A stretch of 61,067 bases of DNA, filler included. It is 5 parts of 5 records of this genome, joined end to end, with 100 filler letters (N's around TTAATTAATTAA, not from the genome) between each part and the next. Parts side by side here need not be neighbours in the genome. Positions count along the whole stretch, not along the records: positions 40,504 to 55,121 come from SRR31147125_2577; positions 55,222 to 61,067 come from SRR31147125_2628; 3 more parts are not named here. The stretch is one strand, 5' to 3'. This document shows positions 51,492 to 61,067 of the stretch, piece by piece. Under the pieces are notes generated by a model, which saw only the letters and a list, made by a program, of their open reading frames with translations, was not told the DNA's origin and did no database searches. A program made the translations under genes and the position numbers. Numbering within the stretch: position 1 is the first letter of the stretch; the number at the start of each line of letters is the position of its first letter.

Positions 51492-52273
51492 CTAGCGTAT
51501 CGGAGAATAAGCTGCCGCATTAAAAATAAACCTGTGAATATAGGCAACAATCTCACCATCCTTCTTTTTGGAATGAGCCAGAACTGTTTTCCACTCCGGA
51601 TCAGATCTGAATTTTGCCCAGGCTTTTTCCCGCGCTTCAAGGCTATCAAATGGCATGAGATAAGTCAGATTCGGACAGTCCGGTCCATAAATGGTATCCG
51701 CGTATAAAATCGGAAGAATCCCACTTTTATGAAACAATTTTATTTCCGGCCCGGAAAACCGTTCATGCAATGCCTGAAGCTGCCAGTAGGTCGGTGAATG
51801 ATAAACCCTGAATTCAAATATTCTGGCTAAAGTCGATTTCCCAACAACATCTGATAAAGAAGGTGAATAAGGAGTTGCTTTGAGTAATCGTCTTTCCAGT
51901 TTATCAAACGGAGGTTCAGAACCTTTTTCAAGTGCGTCAAGCCCCTTTTGCCATTCCGGATCCTGCTGAATGGCCATCCATTTAGAACCAATATTATCCA
52001 CGGATGAATGCTCTATCAACATCATCAATTGTGGTGTATCCACACCGATTGCCAGTTTAAAAAATCCTGCCGGCCCCATTTTGTATTTATCCATCAATGG
52101 CAAAAAGTATTTTCTGCCCACCTGTCCATTCTTCCGCCCTGAGGTCCATTATGCATCTTGTAAAAGGCCAGTTCATAATATCTGTCGGATTTATTCTCTG
52201 CTGAACTGCTTGAGGAAATTAATGCCGCAGCTGAAGCCCCCATGGCAGATGCGAGAAATTTTCTTCTGTCCAT
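51492..52273 (-). CDS. NIPSNAP family protein with Tat signal (split by a 1-nt deletion)
   Basis: MDRRKFL... start at 52273 and +1 A at ~52112. Motifs IFEFRVYHSP, LHERF, PNLTYL and REKAWAKFRSDPEWK. Confidence 0.82.
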
Positions 52274-52453
52274 GCATCACTCCATTTATATTATAAAATA
52301 TGAATCCCCGGATTCATTAACCTCATAATAGAATTATTTCGACATTATATAAAATCAGGTTCTATCAGTATTTCAATTGTTGTTACTCTGCCTGAATATA
52401 CTGAAAAACAATTTAAAAAGGCAGAGTCTCAACAAAAATTATAGCGCTAATAC

Positions 52454-53479
52454 CTATCCCAGATTAATCTCAACAAGGTCAATCTTTGACAAATCACTTT
52501 CACCAAGCATTAATTCATTGGCAAAATCCAGAAAGCGGACTCTTTCTGCTTCAGGGGTCATATTTTCTTTTTTTCTAAAACCATCAATTAATTCAAGCAT
52601 AATGCGGTCAATAGCAACCGGATCTGTGGCCACCAAAATGGAATTTAAAGGTTTCATATATTCCAGATTCCACCTGGGACCTCCTTCAATCACAGCATAC
52701 AAGGCATCCATTACAATGAGCCGGGTATTTTGTCTAATGGGATCAAGAGTATTAAGCTCGGCAATACCAGGTTCGCAGCAACCATTACTATGAAACTGGT
52801 TGGGATTATCAATGGAACCATAATGATTTTTCATGGCCCCAGTAATGCCCGCAATTCGGTGTGTTTTGGCCAAAGGTATATTAATCATTGCGTTCGTCTG
52901 TTGTGTCAAAATCTTGCTGAGATGTGTTTCCTTCGATCCAACTGGCAATGCAACATCTTCAAATCCTGCATTATCGGCTGTACCATAACATCGGATTCCG
53001 GTACCCGATTTATCCGGGGAATAACCCGCACTCTTCAGATCCCGATCATTTCGATCCCAAATAATGATATTCTTCTCTTTTACACCTGACTTTACGATAC
53101 CATTACTAACAGCCTCTGTAACAGCCTGAAAATGAGACGTATAATTTGATTTTGAAATACGTCGCAAACCCAACGTGTTGATCTTTAATCCAACGACATC
53201 CTGTGGAGAGATAAAATGAGACCAGGCTTCAGCACTATTTTTGGCGTTGGTAAATTCCAAAACAGCTTTATCCACCATAGCCTGAACAATTTCTTTATTT
53301 GCCACACCTTCGTTATTTAAAGCCTTACTGTGAGTTATTTTAATAACAGTTGCAGGCCTTTTAAGCCATTCTTTTTTATTTTTTTTCGCGAAAACAGTTT
53401 TTCCGGCCAATGAAGCTGCCACACCAGCGGTGACAGATCTTCCGATAAAATCTCTTCTATTCAATTCCGAATTCTTCAT
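52454..53479 (-). CDS. DUF362 domain protein with Tat signal
   Basis: Motifs NRRDFI, VGLKIN, INIPLAKTH, TGAMKNHYG and DPVAID. Confidence 0.85.
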   Translation of the reverse strand: MKNSELNRRDFIGRSVTAGVAASLAGKTVFAKKNKKEWLKRPATVIKITHSKALNNEGVANKEIVQAMVDKAVLEFTNAKNSAEAWSHFISPQDVVGLKINTLGLRRISKSNYTSHFQAVTEAVSNGIVKSGVKEKNIIIWDRNDRDLKSAGYSPDKSGTGIRCYGTADNAGFEDVALPVGSKETHLSKILTQQTNAMINIPLAKTHRIAGITGAMKNHYGSIDNPNQFHSNGCCEPGIAELNTLDPIRQNTRLIVMDALYAVIEGGPRWNLEYMKPLNSILVATDPVAIDRIMLELIDGFRKKENMTPEAERVRFLDFANELMLGESDLSKIDLVEINLG

Positions 53480-53805
53480 CTTTTTCTCCTATGATTTCCG
53501 CTGATAATAAAAGGTAGTACTATTGATTACGACTATGTTCTTTTATATTTCATCTACGCCTTTAAGTAGAATTTATGTTTACAAAACAGGATTTTCATTT
53601 AATTCTTACCTGCTCTTCACTTATCTAAATTACTCGTATTCTAAAAAGTATCATACAAGTTTTTGAAGAAACTACATAACAAACACAGTAGCTGATTCTT
53701 TGGTACAACCAAATAAATTTACATTACCAATAGAACATTACTATTGTAATAGGTAATTTCGAATAAAATAAAGAATTGTCTACCCTATGGCAATATACTT
53801 GATGA

Positions 53806-55121
53806 TCATCTGTTAGAACTTTTTGTTTGTTTGAATGTAATAAGCATAGAACTTGAACGATCTAATAATTTTACATTAAATCCATTTAAAAGTTCTTTAC
53901 CGGTTTTTACTATTTTGCCGCCACTATCCTCGTATATTACTTCATAGAGAGCATTTTCTTCAAGACCAGAAAGATGGATTGTCTTTTCAAAATCCTGGCA
54001 ATGTGGTCGTCGGAATAATAAGGCCATGCCCTCTTTTAAATCTTGCCTGTAAAATTGATAGCCAATCCAGTTCCGGTAACTTTTTGAATAGTCTGTCAAT
54101 GGATAATAGTCACCATAGAAATAGGGACGAATCTTTTTATATTCAGACAACATGTATTTAGCAAGATCTTTTGGAAAATCCGTTTCATACAGATTCCAAC
54201 CACATACTATTGCACTGGAATAAGAGCTACGAAAATTATATAAAGAGAGGTTATGATTACCAGTTCCGTGGCAAGGCAGGTAAAATGACAATCCATAGGT
54301 ATGATTTTGTCTACCATTTGGTTCGTTATAATTATAGTCTGTTCTCCACAGCGGAATACTGCGAGAAATGGTCTCCAGATCCAGACGGCGTCCTCCACTG
54401 GCACAGTTATCAATAATTAATCCAGGGTGTCTGCGCAGTAATTCATCCCAAAAAGCATAGAGTCCTTCTATATGCCTGATTTCTGTGATACCTTGTCGAT
54501 CAGGAGCATCCATGTTACGCCAATACTCAAGTGGCCGAATATTAAAGTCCTGTCTGTAAAGAGCAATCCCCTGCTCAGTTATCATATTTGACACGTAATC
54601 AGTAACCCACTGCAAGGCTTCTGGATCACCAAGATTCAAAATACCATTGTTTTTATTATGCTTATATATCAAGATCCATTCAGGATGTTCTTTAAACAAC
54701 CATGTCTCTCGAGAAACCCGTTCAGGTTCAAACCATAGTATTAATTTCATTCCCATTTTTTTAACCGCATCCGAAACAGGTCTTAATCCATTGGGAAAAT
54801 GTTCCTTGCGGATATACCAGTTGCCAACATTTTGGTACCAACCACCACCTTTCCACTCCATACTGCCATACCAACCAGCATCGATCCACCAGTATTCTGC
54901 CTGCAAACCAAACTGCTTATATCGCTCCGCAAGAGCAATCATATTATGTTCTGTGGCCAGTGTAAATTCATTAAACATAAACGCACCACCGTTACATGCC
55001 AAAGGTCCCTGGATGGGTAAGCCGTTGTGCTGCGGCGTGTGATGTTTTAATATAAATTGACGGAACAAATTATGTCCACGTAATCGATCCTGATCCTGCC
55101 AGAACAAAAGCAGCATTCGGG
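53806..55121 (-). CDS. Alpha-galactosidase (GH36-like), 5' truncated
   Basis: Motifs WWIDAGWY, FPNGL, LWFEPERV, YRQDFN, IDNCASGGRR and WRTD. Confidence 0.88.
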
Positions 55122-55221
55122 NNNNNNNNNNNNNNNNNNNNNNNNNNNNNNNNNNNNNNNNNNNNTTAATTAATTAANNNNNNNNNNNNNNNNNNNNNNN
55201 NNNNNNNNNNNNNNNNNNNNN
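55122..55221. other. Artificial contig spacer
   Basis: 44 N + TTAATTAATTAA + 44 N. Confidence 0.97.
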
Positions 55222-55223
55222 TA

Positions 55224-55369
55224 GTCATCCTGAACTTGTTTCAGGACCTCTGCAACATCCACTTGTTTACTAAAAAATATGAACTATGACATTATTTAAA
55301 TGTAGGGAATAATTATAAATATTCTGATAAAATATTTAAATAATATACAAACCCACAAGTTCGTATGAC
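55224..55369. repeat. REP-like palindrome with a degenerate inverted partner
   Basis: GTCATCCTGAACTTGTTTCAGGA at 55224; ACAAGTTCGTATGAC at 55355-55369 approximates its reverse complement. Confidence 0.5.
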
Positions 55370-55421
55370 ACAACTCCTATGTAATAGCAAATTAATGCTT
55401 TTACGAAAATATGGAGAATCA

Positions 55422-55526
55422 ATGTCAAATAATATTCAATTAAAGTTCGATTTAAGATTAAGAGTTAACCTAAAATTGAAGTTTTCAGATTTTATCCGAA
55501 ATTTGATTAATTTTTTCACAAAATAG
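55422..55526 (+). CDS. Candidate 34-aa small protein
   Basis: GGAGA RBS 4 nt before ATG; reads MSNNIQLKFDLRLRVNLKLKFSDFIRNLINFFTK; a GGGCTA/TAGCCC hairpin follows the stop. Confidence 0.45.
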   Translation: MSNNIQLKFDLRLRVNLKLKFSDFIRNLINFFTK

Positions 55527-55695
55527 GATTTTTGAGGGCTATCCTCGATCGGTTAGCCCACTATTCTTTTAATTATCGTTATGTTCATTATTTCTAAAAA
55601 TGATTTTTCTATTACATAAAAATAAGTTAAACTTAAACTTATAATATTTTTATTTCAGCATAATAATCTACTAATCAACTATACAGGATGTAAAA

Positions 55696-57486
55696 ATGGC
55701 CATTATGATACCGAACCGCATCACTCCTGATATGAGAGCAACTCCAGGTGAAGCCAAGACTTTTGAAACATTGGGAAAATACTTGGATAATGAATGGTAT
55801 GTTTGGTACGATATAGGAATAGGGAATACTGAAATATACCCAGATTTTATATTAATTCATCCCGTACATGGTTTATTTATACTTGAAGTTAAAGATTTTC
55901 GATTCGACCATATTATTGATATTTCAAAGGAAGTTTTTACGACAAACTCCCGCCATATTAAAAATCCAATTTTACAAGCTCGTAGCTACACCATGTCAAT
56001 TATTAATAAACTGAAAGTCGATATACCATATGCATATTGTGCAGTTTTCCCCAATATGAGTACAGAATACCTAGAAAAAACAATTAATAAAAAAACCAGT
56101 ATTGATAAAATCATCGATCCGAAATTAATCATATGCGAAGAGGACTTTAATGAACAATTATCTAATAAATTGCTGGTAATGAAATCTAAGGCAGCAAATT
56201 TTAAAAATATGTCTTTAGCTGGATTTAATCAGCTGAGGATGACTATTGATCCTAGCATTAAGGTACCACATAGATTTGTCAGTGACGAGAATAAACTAAT
56301 GAAATTACCGGCCGTTCTGGATATAAAGCAGGAAAGAGCTGCAAAAAGTATTGGCGAAGGTCACCGTTTATTAAAGGGTATTGCAGGCAGTGGAAAGACA
56401 TTGATTATGCTTTATCGCGCTAAGCTGATAACCAAACTTAACCCAGATTGGAAAGTTTTATTTATTTGCTGGAATCGTAGCCTAATTAATTATTTAGAGC
56501 AAATGTACAATGACATTGATCTCAATACCCAATCAAGAAATATTGAGTTTACTTATTTTTCAAAATGGTCAAAAGATTTAAGCTATCCGTACAATGTGCA
56601 ATTCCCCAACAATGTTGACTCCCCCAATTACCATACTTCTTTTAACAGTGCCATTAAAAAATTATTAGATGCTGAACCCAAAAAGAATTATGATGCCATT
56701 TTAATTGATGAAGCACAAGATTTTGAAGATGAATACTTCAGATTATTGGTTAATCATCTAAATAAACGAACTGATTCTTTACTTATAAGTTATGATTATG
56801 CTCAAAATATATATCAAAGAAAATCATCATGGAAAAAATTGGGCATTAACGTAAGCGGCAAACGTAGTATAAATTTATCTATTTCCGGTGATGATCTTTC
56901 AAAAAACTACAGAAACACACTTGAGATTACTAAATTTGCCAAACTTATTTATAATGATAAAATCCCAACAAAAGATGAAAATGATATTGTATATGATATC
57001 ATAAAAATTAAAGGCAATGTCACAAGGGGACCAATACCAAGGGTTGAATTTTGCCATGATAGAGATCATGAGCATGAAACAATTAATAACTGGATTGATA
57101 ATCTTATTGTGAATGAGTCACTTCAATACAGGGACATTTTAATAATATATCCTTCAAAATATTCAAATGGATTTGATCTAGAATATAAATTCCTACCATT
57201 TCTTCAAGAGAATGATATACCTTATAATTGGATAACAAAAGATAGGTTTACAAAATCGTCATTTCACTTAAACGAAAATACTGTTAAAATCTCAACTATT
57301 CAATCCGCAAAGGGTATGGATTTTGAAGCTGTAGCAGTAGTCGCCTGCGATAACATTAAAAAAGAATTAGCCGATACACAATTATATATCAGTGCCACAC
57401 GCGCTAGAAAATATTTACTAATGACGACTGGACGGCGATCACATATAATTGAAAGAATCTTAGAGTATTCAATTACATCATTATAA
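55696..57486 (+). CDS. NERD (PD-(D/E)xK) nuclease fused to a UvrD-like SF1 helicase
   Basis: Nuclease motifs YPDFILIHP..LEVKD..NPILQARSY. Helicase motifs GIAGSGKT, IDEAQD, DYAQNIY, NYRNT, STIQSAKGMDF and LYISATRAR. Confidence 0.88.
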   Translation: MAIMIPNRITPDMRATPGEAKTFETLGKYLDNEWYVWYDIGIGNTEIYPDFILIHPVHGLFILEVKDFRFDHIIDISKEVFTTNSRHIKNPILQARSYTMSIINKLKVDIPYAYCAVFPNMSTEYLEKTINKKTSIDKIIDPKLIICEEDFNEQLSNKLLVMKSKAANFKNMSLAGFNQLRMTIDPSIKVPHRFVSDENKLMKLPAVLDIKQERAAKSIGEGHRLLKGIAGSGKTLIMLYRAKLITKLNPDWKVLFICWNRSLINYLEQMYNDIDLNTQSRNIEFTYFSKWSKDLSYPYNVQFPNNVDSPNYHTSFNSAIKKLLDAEPKKNYDAILIDEAQDFEDEYFRLLVNHLNKRTDSLLISYDYAQNIYQRKSSWKKLGINVSGKRSINLSISGDDLSKNYRNTLEITKFAKLIYNDKIPTKDENDIVYDIIKIKGNVTRGPIPRVEFCHDRDHEHETINNWIDNLIVNESLQYRDILIIYPSKYSNGFDLEYKFLPFLQENDIPYNWITKDRFTKSSFHLNENTVKISTIQSAKGMDFEAVAVVACDNIKKELADTQLYISATRARKYLLMTTGRRSHIIERILEYSITSL

Positions 57487-57512
57487 CCTGTTTTTTAGAA
57501 GGATAAAAGCAA

Positions 57513-60500
57513 GTGGGAATTATTTTATTTATTTTGTTAATCATTATTCTTCTGTCTTCATTAGGTAGAGAGAAAAGTAGTGAAGACAAAATATCCTCAT
57601 ATGAGAAAAAGAGAAATTTTATCAATAGCACGAATGATCAACTTGAATTAACAGATATTATTATTGATGGAACTAAATACTCTTACCCCATAACTTTAAA
57701 GTTCTCAGCATTAAGTAAAATAACTGATGAAGCATTACTTGTAAAAATTGCCATAAGCAACGTTACAGCACAAATCACTCAAGATGCGATTAGTAAAATT
57801 ATTAATGATATTTTTCTTTATGAAATTGCAATGTACCATTCAATCGAGAAAATTAAATTACAGGTAACCAAGGAAATAAATGATGAAACATATCTTTATA
57901 AAATTGCATTACATAATGAAAGTATAAATGCCAGGTACGAAGCCCTAAAAAAGATTAACAATAATTCTCTTCTTTATGATATTGTTCTAAATACTGATAA
58001 TGAAGATATTAAATTAAAAGCCATAGACTATATTGATTATGATATTATCTTATATTATATTGTTAAGAATATACATACTCATAAGATTCAAGAAAAGGCT
58101 CTCGTTAAAATCAATACAGAAAAATTACTTTATAAAATTATAGTTCGCAATAATAATGAGACATTTCAGACAAAGATAGTGAATAAAATCAAAGATGATA
58201 ATTTATTAAAGAAAATTTCAAGAAATTCACATTATAGTATTACATCTAGAATTAATGCAATCAACAAATTAAATGATGATTCATTTATAATCAGACTAGC
58301 TCTCAGTGATTCTAATGAAAATATTCGTTCTGCTTGTGTTAGTAAGATTAATAATCAAGTTATTTTAAAGAAAATTATTTCAAAAGAAAAAAAGACATAG
58401 TACTAATATCTGCATTAAAAAATATTAACGATAAAGCAATTATTAAATCCTATTCTTTAAAGGGAAATAAACATTTACAACTAACCGCATCAAAAAAACT
58501 AGAAGACAAAGACACCCTAAATATTGTAGCACTTAAAGGGAAACTCAATGAAACACGAAAAAATGCAATATTAAAAATCGAGGATCAAGAAACTTTAAAA
58601 AAAATAGCATTAAATGAAATAAATTCTGATAACAGAAAATTAGCTATCAATAAAATTAAGGTTGTGGAGACTTTAGAACAAATTGCACAAAATGATTCAG
58701 ATGAAAAGATAAGAGCAAGTGTTATTCGAAGAATAGATAATCCCAATATATTGAAGTCTATAGCAACCATGGATTCTGTATGGATGGTTCGATTAAAGGC
58801 TATTAATAAAATTATAGATCAAGAATTTTTAAAAACAATAGCACTTAAAGATGATAATATTAATATACGCATTGAAGCTGTAAATAAATTTAAAGACCAA
58901 AAAATATTACAAGAAGTTGCTTTAAAAGATACGGTTGGTGAGCTAAGAGAGATTGCTACACAAAAAATATCAAATCAAGAAATTCTAAAAAAATACTTAT
59001 TAATGATTCCTACGATAATACGCGACTTGCAGCAATCAAAAAAGTCGTCAATCAAGATACTCTATCTATAGTCGCTCTAAATGATTCTAATAGTAGAGTC
59101 CGTTTAGTAGCAGCACAACGAATAGAAAATGAAGAAATACTTCACTCAATTGTTAAGAATGAAACAGACATAGAAATTTGCTCTGAGGCATTTCAAAGAA
59201 TCACTGATATGAATATATTGAATTCTATTTCACTTGACGATAATAATAAATTCCAATTACAAGCTATTGAGTTAATTTCTAATAAAAATACATTAAAACT
59301 GTTAGCTACTTCTAGTAGCAACATAAATGTACGTAAGTTAGCAATTCACAAAATCGATGATCAAAATATTCTTTATCAAGTTGCATTTAAAGACGAAGAT
59401 ATTGAAAATCGTCAAGTTGCATGCAATAGAATTATTGATAATAAAGTTCTATATAAAATTGTAATGAAAAGTAATATTAAAATAATTCAAGAAAATGCTT
59501 TCAATAGAATAACCGATCAAAACGTTCTTTGTGAAATAGTTATTAACTGTAAAGAAAAATTGATAAAACAAAAAGCATTTAGCAAAATAACAGATTTAAA
59601 TATTATTAATATTATTGCTCTTAAAAGTAAAGATCATAAAATACGAGAGAAAGCTATCAACGAAATCATAGATGAAAATATACTTAAAAATATTGCTATA
59701 AATGATACAATAAGTTCTAACCGTAATATTGCAATTAACAAGATATCTGATCAAACGACTCTTAAAGAGATAGCTATAAATGACCCTGATCGAGAATTAA
59801 GAAAAATTTCTTTTAATAAAATTTCCAGTAAAGCAATACTAAACGAATTCGCATTGAATAATAATAGTGAATTTCAACTTACCGCATTTAAGCAGATATC
59901 AAATAAATCCATATTTGAAAAAATCGCATCTGGAAGTTTTTCTACTGAAATGCGTCAAATTGCTATTGATAATATTGTAAATCAAAAAATACTCAAAAAT
60001 ATTGCGCTAAATGACAGCAATGTTGAATTAAAAGAAAAAGCAACACAAAAATTAACAGATGAAAATTCTCTTAAAACATTAGTATTAGAAGGTTCAACAA
60101 ATTCTATAAAACTTATTGCAATTAACAATATATCAAATCCTGAAATACTAATGCTAATATATCAAGATAAAAATACCATATCCTTAATTAAAACAATTGC
60201 TGGAAATAAGATATCAACATTTTTCGACAATTTCTACTCTTCGAATAAAAGCGAAAAATTGATATTTATGAATAATATATCAAATAATGATATTTTATCG
60301 AATATAGTATATTCTAATTCGTCTCAAGATATCAAGCTAATAGCATTGCAAAAAATATCAAATGAAGAAACATTAAAAAGTATTGTCAAGAATACAACTG
60401 ATCATCTTATTCGACTAGAAGTAATAAATAAATTAAACTCTGAAATATTCGAAAATAATCCTAATGAATCTGAGAAAGGCAACGAGAGTTACAATGAATC

Positions 60501-60564
60501 AACAAGTATATATAACCCAGAAGTTGAAACAAATTTATTCCAAGAAGATGATTTTGAAATATAA
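57513..60564 (+). CDS. ~1017-aa membrane-anchored alpha-solenoid (25-26-aa HEAT/LRV-like repeats), reconstructed across two frameshifts
   Basis: N-terminal hydrophobic helix, then repeats of the form KIxDxxxLxxIAxNDxxxxxRxxAI. One A added at each A7 run (58387-58393, 58987-58993) joins the three track ORFs with no stops and keeps the repeat register. Confidence 0.78.
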
Positions 60565-60859
60565 AATACTTTAAACAAGAAAAACGATTCCAATGGAATG
60601 GAAAAAATATATTATTAACTCTCCCCCATTCACAGCACCTGCTGAGTTTGATTTAGTTCCCTACATAAAACATATGATTAGTTATAGATAATATATGCAA
60701 CAGATATGTCTGTCCTCTACACGACCGAAAAATATTTTTCCTTCATTCATCATTCTTAAACATTAAACCCAAAACGTTTTCATGAATGAATCTTTTACTA
60801 CTGTCAAGATGACAAATATGTCTTTTATATTTCTTTTTACGTTTTACATCTTACACCTG

Positions 60860-60991
60860 CCCTTTCCTCAGCATTGGCGAAAGAGGGAATCACCCAGATC
60901 ATCGGGCGATTTACAAATCGCATGCCCGGAGAGGTCCTGAAACTCTCGCTACGCTCGCAAGCATGCCCAACGAAGCCTTGGCGTAGTTGGG
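60860..60991. repeat. Two REP-like palindromes
   Basis: CCCTTTCCTCAGCATTGGCGAAAGAGGG (60860) and CCCAACGAAGCCTTGGCGTAGTTGGG (60966) share an AGCnTTGGCGnA core. Confidence 0.5.
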
Positions 60992-61040
60992 ACAAAAGTA
61001 AAAAGGCAAAAGATTAAAGTTGGGATTTATAATATGCATC

Positions 61041-61067
61041 CATAATTCATAATTCATAATTCATAAT
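61041..61067. repeat. Heptamer tandem repeat (CATAATT)n running off the window
   Basis: Three full copies and one partial copy. Confidence 0.8.

Noticed and set aside
57513-60564. CRISPR array or DNA-level tandem repeat with ~78-bp period
   Set aside because: The periodicity is at protein level only; there are no conserved nucleotide repeats with spacers and no cas genes.

Overview
The window is not one locus. It is five sequence blocks joined by artificial 100-nt spacers (44 N + TTAATTAATTAA + 44 N), and the blocks probably come from different bacteria. (1) 1-13132: an AT-rich, all-minus-strand operon with glgX, RsbV/RsbW, an orphan solute-binding lipoprotein, a nitroreductase, two DJ-1/PfpI proteins, an ankyrin protein, an HpcH aldolase, a TMEM175 channel, a sensor-domain/MFS fusion, a Ddl-like ligase and a membrane SpoIIE phosphatase. 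(2) 13233-27884: a Gram-negative housekeeping region (lysS, two lolC/E-type genes, lolD, bamA, skp, Trm112-FHA fusion, yicC, gmk, rel, rpmB, yraN), plus two orphan paralogs and a metallopeptidase. (3) 27985-40403: a glycan-tailoring cluster (GNAT, ATP-grasp, DegT-like, cysK, Asn-synthase-like) containing a decayed tRNA-Cys and two secreted proteins with FlgD/sorting tails. (4) 40504-55121: a MacB-type permease with a collapsed paralog behind a sigma54 promoter, carbohydrate enzymes, Tat proteins and two lipoprotein-TonB paralogs. (5) 55222-61067: a small peptide ORF, a NERD nuclease-SF1 helicase and a ~1000-aa membrane-anchored 26-aa-repeat protein, a candidate defence module. Many genes outside block 2 are split by small deletions, mostly single bases in homopolymers, most likely sequencing error; they are reconstructed here by hand. 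All family calls come from motif recognition only; no database search was run.
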